Below are positions 38,457 to 47,669 of a stretch of DNA of 64,000 nucleotides, in pieces. Made by a program: the position numbers and the translations under genes. Under the pieces are notes generated by a model. It searched no databases, had not been told where the DNA came from, and saw only the letters and a program-made list of their open reading frames with translations. The stretch spans positions 69,010 through 133,009 of the forward strand of contig JAUSGT010000001.1 of NCBI GenBank assembly GCA_030648835.1. The letters are read 5' to 3'. Source of the DNA: Candidatus Moraniibacteriota bacterium (GTDB taxonomy: Bacteria > Patescibacteriota > Minisyncoccia > Moranbacterales > UBA1568). Within the stretch, counting starts at the first letter, position 1; each line of letters starts with the position of its first letter.

Positions 38457-38615
38457 ATGAACAAAGAAATTAGAAAACTCACTAAGTTAGGGGGAAAATC
38501 CATCGGGCTGACCTTGCCGATTGAATTAGTTCGGGAGTTGGGGTGGAGGGAAAAACAGAAAGTGACCGTCAAGCGTGTTCGTGGGGGTGTGATGATTAAA
38601 GATTGGAAGAAATAG
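38457..38615 (+). CDS. AbrB/MazE/SpoVT-family DNA-binding protein, 52 aa (not in ORF track)
   Basis: MNKEIRKLTKLGGKSIGLTLPIELVRELGWREKQKVTVKRVRGGVMIKDWKK. Confidence 0.85.
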   Translation: MNKEIRKLTKLGGKSIGLTLPIELVRELGWREKQKVTVKRVRGGVMIKDWKK

Positions 38616-38658
38616 GACTAATCTTGCAATAATATTAATGACGTGTTATTATTAGTGT

Positions 38659-39621
38659 ATGTCTGGTAAACAAGAAATAAAAATAATTCAAGAAACTTTC
38701 GACATAAACGCTATTTATGCAAGACGTGTTTTTGCTTCGGTGAATATTTCAAACTTTTTAGAGGAAGCGAGACAAATTATAACGAGCAAACCAAAGCCAT
38801 TTGTGAAATGGGTTGGGGGGAAGCGACAATTACTCAAGCAGTTTCGACTCCTTGATCTTTATCCACCGGACGAGTTTGATCCTGAGAAGGCAAGATATTT
38901 TGAGCCGTTTGTAGGGGGAGGCGCAGTGTTCTTTGATTTACTTCCGAGAAAGGCTTATTTGTCTGATCTTAATTTTGAGCTTGTCACAACTTATAATGTT
39001 ATTAAAAATGATGTTGAAAAGTTGATTACATCGTTAAAAAAACAAAAATATAATAAAGAGTATTATCTGAAAATCCGTTCAAAAAATCCTGAAAGGTTGT
39101 CTGATCTACAAATTGCTACTCGTTTTATATTTTTGAATCGCGCCGGCTTCAATGGGATGTATCGTGTAAATAGTAAAGGAGGGTTTAATGTTCCTTTCGG
39201 TAAATACGAGAATCCGCTTATTTGTGATGAAAAAAATCTTCGGAAAGTTTCGAAGGCGTTGCAGAATGTTGAAATAAAACACCAAGACTATAAGTTCGTT
39301 TTGAAGAAAGCAAAGAAAAGAGACTTTATATATTTTGATCCGCCATATCATCCAGTAAGTAAAACGGCAGCGTTTACTTCATATACCTCACAAGGTTTTG
39401 GGGAAAAAGAACAAATAGAATTACGTGATACATTTTTGAAACTTCACAAGAGAGGTTGTTTTGTGATGCTTTCAAATTCTGATGCGCCTTTTATTAATAA
39501 AATTTATTCTGAAATTAAAAAATATGGTGTCAGAATTAATAAGGTTGAAGCAGGGCGCGCAATAAATTCAAAGGCTTCTGGAAGGGGTAAGATCACAGAA
39601 ATATTGGTAACTAACTATTAA
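38659..39621 (+). CDS. Dam-like (D12 class) DNA adenine methyltransferase
   Basis: KWVGGK, EPFVGGGAVFF, DPPY, MLSNS. Confidence 0.92.
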   Translation: MSGKQEIKIIQETFDINAIYARRVFASVNISNFLEEARQIITSKPKPFVKWVGGKRQLLKQFRLLDLYPPDEFDPEKARYFEPFVGGGAVFFDLLPRKAYLSDLNFELVTTYNVIKNDVEKLITSLKKQKYNKEYYLKIRSKNPERLSDLQIATRFIFLNRAGFNGMYRVNSKGGFNVPFGKYENPLICDEKNLRKVSKALQNVEIKHQDYKFVLKKAKKRDFIYFDPPYHPVSKTAAFTSYTSQGFGEKEQIELRDTFLKLHKRGCFVMLSNSDAPFINKIYSEIKKYGVRINKVEAGRAINSKASGRGKITEILVTNY

Positions 39622-39625
39622 TCTT

Positions 39626-40384
39626 ATGGCAAATAATAATTCGTGGAATAAAATTTTCGAAGATAATAATATTTTAGAGCACGATTTTTCTAAAAGCCCT
39701 TTTTATTTGTCTGCAGAAATGATAAAAAAATCAGTACAAGAGTTTAAGAAAACTAATGAGAAAGAGGTGCGTTGCTTATGTAAGATGGATACGCGAGAAA
39801 GCGTTCCAGAAATAATGAGAAGAAATGGATTGGTTTTGTTGCCAGTCAAAAATAAATATTATGTGATAGTAAACGGCGAAGGATATGTCGATATACCTGA
39901 AATCAATAGTGAAGCCGAAATCTACAACACTAAATTGGATTTTGATTTAGACACAGCGAAAATTGGAAACTCAGAAATGCAGCATCTTGATTTTGCTTAT
40001 GCTTCAAGCCTTATTAGAACATTCATGAGCGATCCTTCGCTAGTTCTAACAATTAGAGGGAGGAAATATACACCAGAGTTTAGTTATAAAATTGGTAACA
40101 ATATAATTGATACGAAGGGTGTTCAAACTGAAGTTGATGCCGGTTATGAAGGAAAGGACAAGATTGTTTTGATAGAAGCAAAGAACTCATCTACTAAAAA
40201 TACAATCATTAGACAATTGTATTATCCATATAGACAATGGGCAGAACACACAAAAAAGGAAGTCTTCTTATTATTTTTCGAGAAGAGGATTGATGAATAT
40301 TTGATATGGCAATACAGGTTTGCTGATAAAGACAGCTACGATTCTATTAAATTAGTTAGATCTAAAAAATATAAAATTGTTTAA
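39626..40384 (+). CDS. Putative type II restriction endonuclease
   Basis: QTEVDAGYE...LIEAK PD-(D/E)XK core, IRQLYYPY; lies between two MTases. Confidence 0.75.
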   Translation: MANNNSWNKIFEDNNILEHDFSKSPFYLSAEMIKKSVQEFKKTNEKEVRCLCKMDTRESVPEIMRRNGLVLLPVKNKYYVIVNGEGYVDIPEINSEAEIYNTKLDFDLDTAKIGNSEMQHLDFAYASSLIRTFMSDPSLVLTIRGRKYTPEFSYKIGNNIIDTKGVQTEVDAGYEGKDKIVLIEAKNSSTKNTIIRQLYYPYRQWAEHTKKEVFLLFFEKRIDEYLIWQYRFADKDSYDSIKLVRSKKYKIV

Positions 40385-41137
40385 GTGTCTGAAAAAGAGA
40401 TAAAACTGCATCCGGATGAGTTTGAAATGGAGTGCACTACAGTATGGGCATTTCCTCGTCGTGGTAATTGGGCTACACACAAGTCGGATTGGCGTGGTAA
40501 TTGGGCGCCAGAAGTTGCTCGAAATTTGATATTGCGTTATTCAAAGGAGGGTGATCATCTACTAGATTGCATGATCGGTGGTGGAACAACGGCAATAGAG
40601 GCAAAAATATTGAATCGTCATATTACTTGCGTTGATGTTAATGAAGAAGCTCTCAAACGGACAAGAGACGCTTTGAAATTTGATGTTGATAACAAAGCAA
40701 AACAACGAATAATAAAGTGCGATGCTCGAAACATGAGTTTTATCAAGGACGGAGAAATAGATTTTGTTCTCACTCATCCACCATACGCGGATATTATAAA
40801 ATATAGTGATGGAAAATTAGAGGATGACTTATCAGGTATACATAATATAGATGCCTTTGTAGATGAGATGGAGAAAGTTATCAAAGAAATGTTTCGAGTA
40901 CTAAAGAAAGGAAAATATTGTGCGATTTTGATGGGGGATACAAGACGGAATAAAATGTATCAGCCTCTCGCATTTAAGGTAATGGGTAGATGTCTGAGCG
41001 CAGGATTTGTCTTGAAAGAAGATATTATTAAAAGGCAGTTTAACTGTAAAGCAACTGGTTTTTGGGTGAATAGGTCAAAAGAGAGCAACTTTCTTTTAAT
41101 TATGCATGAACACTTATTTATTTTTCAGAAAATTTGA
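40385..41137 (+). CDS. Second amino-DNA methyltransferase (HPPY motif)
   Basis: LDCMIGGGTT motif I, THPPY motif IV, RVLKKG. Confidence 0.85.
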   Translation: MSEKEIKLHPDEFEMECTTVWAFPRRGNWATHKSDWRGNWAPEVARNLILRYSKEGDHLLDCMIGGGTTAIEAKILNRHITCVDVNEEALKRTRDALKFDVDNKAKQRIIKCDARNMSFIKDGEIDFVLTHPPYADIIKYSDGKLEDDLSGIHNIDAFVDEMEKVIKEMFRVLKKGKYCAILMGDTRRNKMYQPLAFKVMGRCLSAGFVLKEDIIKRQFNCKATGFWVNRSKESNFLLIMHEHLFIFQKI

Positions 41138-41250
41138 GATGCCAAAAAAGATACCATGAAAGATGTGAAAGATAAAGTAAAAAGATTTATTAATTGCATA
41201 GGTGAAAAACGTGGTGACGTTAATGAAATATTGATCATAAATTATTAAAT

Positions 41251-42924
41251 ATGCTTAACCTATTTAAAACTAAAAAAATACTTCAAGGCCCAGACTGGTC
41301 TTTTCAAGACGAAGCCGTAAAAAAAGTAGTTTCTGATTTTTTAAAGGAGCCACAAAGCAAAAAATTATTAGTCATCCCAACTGGAGGGGGGAAAACTATT
41401 GTTGGTTTTAAGGTCATTAACGAACTAATCGAAAAAGGCTTTCTTAAAAATGGCAAAAAAGCAGTTTGGATAGTTCATACAAAATGGTTAAAAAAACAAA
41501 CTGAACTAAAGCTAGTTTCAGCAATTGAAAAATTTCATTTTAATAAAGAAATACTCAGTATTCTTGAAATAAGAATGAAGTCAGATGCGCGTAATAATAT
41601 TTTTTTAACTCAAAAATCAAAAGAATATAAGATGGTAGTTATTGATGAGGCTCACCATTCAGCTGCAAATACTTACAAAGATTTTTTTAGACCTGATGTA
41701 AATGTACTTGGTCTAACAGCTACGCCCACAAGAACTGATGATCTCACGCTTGATTTTAAGGATATATCGTATGCAATTACTTTTAACGAACTTGTAAAAA
41801 GAAAAGTTATACTTTTACCAAAATTTATTACTGTAGAAACTGGGTTAACTATTGACGCCAGATCATTAAATTACTATTCGGAAAATGATTTTATTAAATT
41901 CGATATTGATGAAAGAAATAATATTATTGCCGAGAAAATATTCTTACTTAAAAGAAATAATAAAAGATCTTTTAATAAAATAATAATTTTCGTTGGATCT
42001 AATGCACATGTTAAGGAATTGTATGAAATACTGAAGAGAAAAAATAAGTTTTATGGAAACTTGTTCAAGTATGTTGGATACATATATAGTGGTGATAATA
42101 ATGATTTAAATATAGATAATGACTCATATTTAGAGAAACAACAGGGAATCAGCTCGTCAATATTAGTTAATTGTATGATTTTAAATGAAGGATACGACGA
42201 TCCTTCTATTGACACGGTAATAATGGCTACACCAAGTAACTCTATACTTTACTATATGCAATGCGTCGGGCGCGTGGTGCGTAATCCGGGTGGGTATAGC
42301 TCGAATGCAAATGTGGTGGAGATGGTAGATAAATTACCAAACATAAATTATAGGATTGATAACCGCTGGCTTTTTGCTGAAATTTCAGATCTCCTAGAGC
42401 CCGAGGTCATTGACGTTAGTTATGACTTTAACAACAAGGCCTCAGTTATTAGGAAGATTCTTTTGGAACACAAGGTCAAAGCTAAATATATTGATTTATT
42501 TGATGAGAAACAAAGCTTAGAGGATTTCACCTTACTCCTATTTGCAGACGCGCCAAATTATGAAGCTTCGACATGGAAGCCAATATATTTATTTGAAAAA
42601 AATCGTTCCAAATATATAGATGCTTTTAATAAAATCTCTGCTAATGTTTCTGAATATTCACGCTATAATGATGAATTTGTTTTTTTCCAGACTCTCAATT
42701 TTTCTAAAGACAATTATTATTTTAGGTATCCAGAAATGCGAATATCTCTCATACTAGCCCTTGAAAGAGCTAATAATTTAAAAAATTTAAAACAAAAGGT
42801 TGATTGTATTAAATACTATACTTTTCATGAAACACAATATAAAGCTTGGTGGAAAATTATTATTTCTTTGCTATTTAAATCATTAACTAAAATTTATGCA
42901 AACCTTAAAGGAAGTAGAGCTTAA
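41251..42924 (+). CDS. SF2 (ResIII-like DEAH) helicase/ATPase with unknown C-terminal domain
   Basis: PTGGGKT, DEAHH, GLTATP, EGYD, QCVGRVVR. Confidence 0.9.
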   Translation: MLNLFKTKKILQGPDWSFQDEAVKKVVSDFLKEPQSKKLLVIPTGGGKTIVGFKVINELIEKGFLKNGKKAVWIVHTKWLKKQTELKLVSAIEKFHFNKEILSILEIRMKSDARNNIFLTQKSKEYKMVVIDEAHHSAANTYKDFFRPDVNVLGLTATPTRTDDLTLDFKDISYAITFNELVKRKVILLPKFITVETGLTIDARSLNYYSENDFIKFDIDERNNIIAEKIFLLKRNNKRSFNKIIIFVGSNAHVKELYEILKRKNKFYGNLFKYVGYIYSGDNNDLNIDNDSYLEKQQGISSSILVNCMILNEGYDDPSIDTVIMATPSNSILYYMQCVGRVVRNPGGYSSNANVVEMVDKLPNINYRIDNRWLFAEISDLLEPEVIDVSYDFNNKASVIRKILLEHKVKAKYIDLFDEKQSLEDFTLLLFADAPNYEASTWKPIYLFEKNRSKYIDAFNKISANVSEYSRYNDEFVFFQTLNFSKDNYYFRYPEMRISLILALERANNLKNLKQKVDCIKYYTFHETQYKAWWKIIISLLFKSLTKIYANLKGSRA

Positions 42925-44044
42925 GTTTGATCAACTTTTACTTGACCCAAATAATCCTCGTTTTGCTAAGCATAGCGATGAGCTTGTTGCTGAAGATGAC
43001 TATGAGGAAATGCAGTCCGAGACCTTTTCAAAGATGATTCAGAGGGAAAACAACTTTGAAATTGCGGAGCTTGCAAAAAATATTAGCAAAAATGGGTACC
43101 TAGGTTTTGACAGGATGTTTGTTAAAAAATTAAAAGGATCTAAGTTTCTAGTTATTGAAGGCAATAGAAGGTTAGCTGCCATTTATTTTCTTCTAAAGCA
43201 GGAAGAATCACACCGCACAAGAGGAGCTCTCGCCCCAGAAATTAAAAAAACATTTTTAAAGATACCCTGTGTTGATCTTACAAATTGGGAAACGGAAGAT
43301 ATAAAGAGGTTGCTTGGCCTCAGACACTATGATTCTGTAAAAGATTGGAGGCCCCTGCCAGGTTCATTCAATCTTTTCTTAACGTATATGGCGGAATATG
43401 CAAAAGTGAACAATATTGAAATCTTGAATAGCGACCACGCAAAGCATTTTATTTATGATCAAAATATTAGTAGAAAGATAGCAGATATCTATGCAATGAA
43501 GGAAGCGAGGGTTAAGTCAATGATCTTAACTTACAGAGTATATCTTCAAGTTTTGGAATATCACAACGATATCAACTTTGAAACAACGAATCTTTTTTCC
43601 ATAATTGAAGAGACTATAAGTAAGGAAATTTTGAGGAAAAGATTTGAGTTTGATCCATCCGCGGGCCAGTTTTCTGAAAATGGACTAGAATTGTTTATTG
43701 ACTTATGTATTGGAAAAGATGGAAGTGCCCCAGTTATAACTGAAGTGTCACGCGGCGAATCTACTCTAAGAGACTATGCTTATGTTCTACAGGAAGGGAG
43801 TGACTACGATCGTGAACGAATAGAGCTGAACAAAGAAAAAAGTGGTGATGTGAAAGCAGATGTTAAATCAAGTCAAAATCAAAGAAATTTAATAAATACT
43901 CTGAAGCAAATTAAATTAGAATTAGGAAAAATTAATCTTGACCAGATAAAGATTGATGATATTACAGACCGTGAAAAAGAAATTATCGATGATCTACAGG
44001 AAACACTGAACAAGCTAAAAGGGGCATCAGGGGGAAAACTTTAA
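42896..44044 (+). CDS. ParB/Srx-like N-terminal domain protein
   Basis: LLLDPNNPRF, VIEGNRRLAA. Confidence 0.8.
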   Translation: MQTLKEVELKFDQLLLDPNNPRFAKHSDELVAEDDYEEMQSETFSKMIQRENNFEIAELAKNISKNGYLGFDRMFVKKLKGSKFLVIEGNRRLAAIYFLLKQEESHRTRGALAPEIKKTFLKIPCVDLTNWETEDIKRLLGLRHYDSVKDWRPLPGSFNLFLTYMAEYAKVNNIEILNSDHAKHFIYDQNISRKIADIYAMKEARVKSMILTYRVYLQVLEYHNDINFETTNLFSIIEETISKEILRKRFEFDPSAGQFSENGLELFIDLCIGKDGSAPVITEVSRGESTLRDYAYVLQEGSDYDRERIELNKEKSGDVKADVKSSQNQRNLINTLKQIKLELGKINLDQIKIDDITDREKEIIDDLQETLNKLKGASGGKL

Positions 44045-44049
44045 ATAGT

Positions 44050-44991
44050 ATGAGTGATCTTTACTTTCGAAAAACTTACAGTGAATTCGTTGAGTTTGTT
44101 TCCAACACTAATGATGAACTTATTATCTTATGTCCGTATATAAAACTAGAACCATTAAAATTGCTATTAGAAAAAGTTAAACCAGGAATAAAGGTAATAG
44201 TTGTAGCAAGATGGAAAATTAGTGATTTGGTATTTGGGAGTTCTGATATTGAGGTTTTTGAATATTTGAAAAGTCTTAATCATAGTTTTTACATTAACAA
44301 TAAAATACACCTTAAGGTCATTATTAAAGATAAAAGGAATATATTAATTGGAAGTGCAAATATAACAGGATCTGGGCTTGGGCTGTTTGATAGTTCAAAT
44401 ATTGAGGCTATTGCCATCGAGAGCTTAGATGAGAAGTATTTACCATCAGTATATTCAATACTAAGAGAATCAATAGAAGTCGATGATGTTTTGGTTAATA
44501 CAATATCTGAAAAGTTAGAAGGGTTTCAAAATGTTAGAGAAGAAAAAGACAAAATTACTGCTGAATTGGGGGAATTAGAAAAACAGATATTTATAAAAAA
44601 GAAAAAAGGGATTTTGGTTTATGATTTTCCTTTTACAGGATCGCCGGCAGTACTCCTTAAAGCTATAAATGAAAAAGATATTAATGATACTGTCCAACAT
44701 GATCTTCAGGTATTAAAATTAACTACTAGAGAGATTAATCTTAGTTTATTGAGGGAGGCATTTTTAACGTCAGACGCCTATATTTGGCAAGAACAAAATA
44801 TCCCAGAAGAAGCTCTCTTTGGAAAGTATTCGGAGTTACTTCATAATGCTCTAATTGATGATCCTAAGCCTTATCGAAAACAGGTAAAGGAGTTAGTAGT
44901 AAATATGTTTGTTTGGACATCAGAACTTTCAGACGATTATGTTATAAAAAAATATAATCATACCCAATCTCTAGTCAGGAGACAAAATTAA
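44050..44991 (+). CDS. Phospholipase D-like (single HKD) nuclease
   Basis: CPYI, HLKVIIKD, IGSANIT. Confidence 0.85.
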   Translation: MSDLYFRKTYSEFVEFVSNTNDELIILCPYIKLEPLKLLLEKVKPGIKVIVVARWKISDLVFGSSDIEVFEYLKSLNHSFYINNKIHLKVIIKDKRNILIGSANITGSGLGLFDSSNIEAIAIESLDEKYLPSVYSILRESIEVDDVLVNTISEKLEGFQNVREEKDKITAELGELEKQIFIKKKKGILVYDFPFTGSPAVLLKAINEKDINDTVQHDLQVLKLTTREINLSLLREAFLTSDAYIWQEQNIPEEALFGKYSELLHNALIDDPKPYRKQVKELVVNMFVWTSELSDDYVIKKYNHTQSLVRRQN

Positions 44992-44999
44992 TATACGGA

Positions 45000-45467
45000 A
45001 TGAAGAAAAGTATTACTGATATCAATTGGATGAGGTTCAAAACGACTAAAGGTCAAGAGTTTGTTGTGGGTGTAGATTTTACCGCAGAAGACGCATTCAT
45101 TAAAGCTAAAGAATTGCGACAAGAAGGAAAAGCAATAGATGCTCTAGGTGTAATCGATGTATCACTTTATTTAGATTGGAATAGGCCTGCTGCACATAAT
45201 ATTAAGGCAAGCATTTTACTTACTTTAAAGCGATTTGGTGAAGCAATTAGTTCGTGTGATGAAGCAATTCGACTGAATCCGAATTTGGCGGAGTCTTTTA
45301 ATAATAAAGCAGTAATATTAAAGGCATCTGAGAATTATGAGGATGCACTTACCTTGATTGAGAAAGCCCTTGATTTAAATCCAGATAATCCCGCACTTAT
45401 TTATAATAAGGAGAGTATTTTAGAAGCTCTGCGAAATCAAAATGGTCTAAATAGGAAAATGGGCTAG
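45000..45467 (+). CDS. TPR repeat protein
   Basis: AISSCDEAIRLNP, ALTLIEKALDLNP. Confidence 0.85.
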   Translation: MKKSITDINWMRFKTTKGQEFVVGVDFTAEDAFIKAKELRQEGKAIDALGVIDVSLYLDWNRPAAHNIKASILLTLKRFGEAISSCDEAIRLNPNLAESFNNKAVILKASENYEDALTLIEKALDLNPDNPALIYNKESILEALRNQNGLNRKMG

Positions 45468-45544
45468 GTACTTTTTTCTTGCAAAAGGAGTACAAAGGCG
45501 GCACAACTGAATAGCGAACTATCGAGAGAGTGGCGGTGGGGGGC

Positions 45545-45573
45545 TTGCTATTTTCATAAAAGTATGCTATAAT
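45545..45573 (+). promoter_or_regulatory. Extended -10 sigma70 promoter
   Basis: TTGCTA-17-TATAAT with TGn. Confidence 0.65.
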
Positions 45574-45655
45574 GGGTGTGTAAAAGAAGAAAAAAATAAA
45601 AACCATCCAAAATATTAAAAGAAGTTAGGAAAGAGCCATATTCACAAGATATTCC

Positions 45656-45681
45656 ACACCCCAGTCTTCTGGGGTGTTTTT
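45656..45681 (+). terminator. Terminator hairpin between promoter and AbiEii-WYL gene
   Basis: ACACCCCAG-TCTT-CTGGGGTGT then T-run. Confidence 0.7.
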
Positions 45682-45699
45682 ATTTATTAACCCACTAGT

Positions 45700-46908
45700 A
45701 TGTTAGGTAAAGAAGAAATTGATCAGAAAGCGGCGGAATTTGGTTTAAATCCTGTAGATGTAGAAAAGGATTATGTTTATGGATGGCTTTTAAATTCCAT
45801 TTACTCGGACTCTTCTTTGGGGGACCTGCTTGTGTTAAAAGGTGGAAATGCTTTAAGAAAAGGTTATCTGCTAGGGACACGGTTTTCTAAAGACCTAGAT
45901 TTTTCTCTAGAAAAAGGAATACAAATAGATTTTCTTCACGAAGAATTAGATAAAGTTTGTTCAGTAGTCAATGCTCAAACTCAAGTAAAATTTGAACTAG
46001 ATCGGACTAGGGTTGAACCTAAGAATCTGCCGATTGCTAACCTTGATGTGTTGGAGGCAAGACTCTATTTTAAGGGTTTTTATGGGGAAGAGACTATTTC
46101 TCTTAAAACGCAACTAGATATCACCCAGTTTGATAAGATCTACCTCCCAGTTCAGTCAAGGAAAATTCTGCATCCTTATTCAGACGCAGAAGCTTGTAGT
46201 GGAAATATCAAATGTCAAAAAGCTGAAGAAATTGTTGCTTCTAAACTTAATAGTCTTCTCCATAGAAGGAAAGTCTGTGATTTATTTGATCTTCTTAAGT
46301 CTACGATGTTTACCAACGATGTTTTGTTGGATAGATCAGAGGTAGTTAAAACTTTTCTGAAGAAGACTATTTATGAGGCTACTCCAGATACACCAAAACA
46401 ACAGCTTCTTAGCACTCCTTTGGAAGAGTTCCGTCCATTTTGGGGAAGTCTGGTGACTCCAAATGCTAGTATCATCCAATTTGATGATGTGGTGGCAAAC
46501 TTCGGAGTTTTAATTAGTAGTTTTTTTGACTTGGTAGCTCCTTTATCTCCACAATTTGTTCCAGCTGGAGCTTTTGGTGGCTCCAGAAGATATGGGTCGT
46601 CTATGATGCGGTATGGGAGTGTGCCTAGTTTTTTCTCAGCTGGTATACGAAATATCATTATTAATGCCGGAAGAACTCAGAAGCTTATTCAGCTTACCTA
46701 TGACAACTATACAAGGTTAGTAGAACCGTATTCAATGGAGTATTATGTTCGAAAATCAGACGGGGTAGGATTGGAATATTTTTGGGGATATGATACAACT
46801 GGTGGAAAATCAGGAGAACAGTCGATAAAGAGGTTCATTTGTGACAAAATACAATTTGCCAAAGAAACAGATAGGGGCTTTAATCCAAGGTTTGCGGTTG
46901 AATTTTAA
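45700..46908 (+). CDS. AbiEii-family nucleotidyltransferase fused to C-terminal WYL-like domain
   Basis: VEKDY, LKGGNAL, RFSKDLDFS; C-term LTYD...RLVEPY...IKRFICDKI. Confidence 0.8.
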   Translation: MLGKEEIDQKAAEFGLNPVDVEKDYVYGWLLNSIYSDSSLGDLLVLKGGNALRKGYLLGTRFSKDLDFSLEKGIQIDFLHEELDKVCSVVNAQTQVKFELDRTRVEPKNLPIANLDVLEARLYFKGFYGEETISLKTQLDITQFDKIYLPVQSRKILHPYSDAEACSGNIKCQKAEEIVASKLNSLLHRRKVCDLFDLLKSTMFTNDVLLDRSEVVKTFLKKTIYEATPDTPKQQLLSTPLEEFRPFWGSLVTPNASIIQFDDVVANFGVLISSFFDLVAPLSPQFVPAGAFGGSRRYGSSMMRYGSVPSFFSAGIRNIIINAGRTQKLIQLTYDNYTRLVEPYSMEYYVRKSDGVGLEYFWGYDTTGGKSGEQSIKRFICDKIQFAKETDRGFNPRFAVEF

Positions 46909-46922
46909 TTAGATAGGAAAGT

Positions 46923-47528
46923 ATGAATAATGCCTTTGATGAAATTTTAGAGAAATCGAAACGAGATATGAAAGAAATCTCGGATGAATTTAATGTCAAA
47001 TTTAGAGAATTCGATACTAAGTTGGAATCATCACGGAAACTAAGTATTTCAGCAATATATCAAATAGTTATTCTGTCATCTAGTATCGTTGGATTTTCAG
47101 TGTCCCTTTTTTCGATCCCTGTCTTGCAGTCTAGATTAAATTTGGATAACCTCCGTTTTTCTTGGTATTTTTTTATGTCGGTTATTATGTTAGGATTCTT
47201 TATTCTAATTTTTGAGGGAAGAGCAAAATATGCAAAAACATGGAAAAATTTTCAAGTGAGTAGATTTCCAGATGCGGGTGATTATAATTACACGATTAAA
47301 GAAAAAATTATTGCAACATCTATTGTTATATTAACTATCTTTTATCCTGCGAATTTAATATTCAACAGGGTTTACAAGGAGGAAAGTGAAAAAGCTTTTA
47401 AGCAAAGAATAAACGGATTTGTAGTACACAAATTAGCGAGTATAGAAAACGCATTAATTTTTCTAGAAAACATCCTTTTTATATTATTTATATGTGGATT
47501 AATTATACTAGTTTCAAGTTTTTCATAG
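46923..47528 (+). CDS. Hypothetical 3-4 TM membrane protein
   Basis: N-terminal coiled coil, hydrophobic segments. Confidence 0.75.
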   Translation: MNNAFDEILEKSKRDMKEISDEFNVKFREFDTKLESSRKLSISAIYQIVILSSSIVGFSVSLFSIPVLQSRLNLDNLRFSWYFFMSVIMLGFFILIFEGRAKYAKTWKNFQVSRFPDAGDYNYTIKEKIIATSIVILTIFYPANLIFNRVYKEESEKAFKQRINGFVVHKLASIENALIFLENILFILFICGLIILVSSFS

Positions 47529-47669
47529 ATGAAGAAAAGAGAGTCAGATACCTTTTTGATACGAATTTCTCAGTCTCTGGGCTTCCTCCATAGGCGGACA
47601 GGGGGTTTTTGTTTGGGTGTATACTGAACAAATGCAGATGTCATTCAATAATTAAGGCAATAAAAGAAT

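Noticed and set aside
32190-38615. Classical integron
   Set aside because: No intI, and junctions lack RYYYAAC...GTTRRRY attC structure
41251-45467. Assignment to DISARM, Dpd, Dnd/Pbe or type III R-M
   Set aside because: Required partner genes are not present, and the helicase has no recognisable nuclease tail
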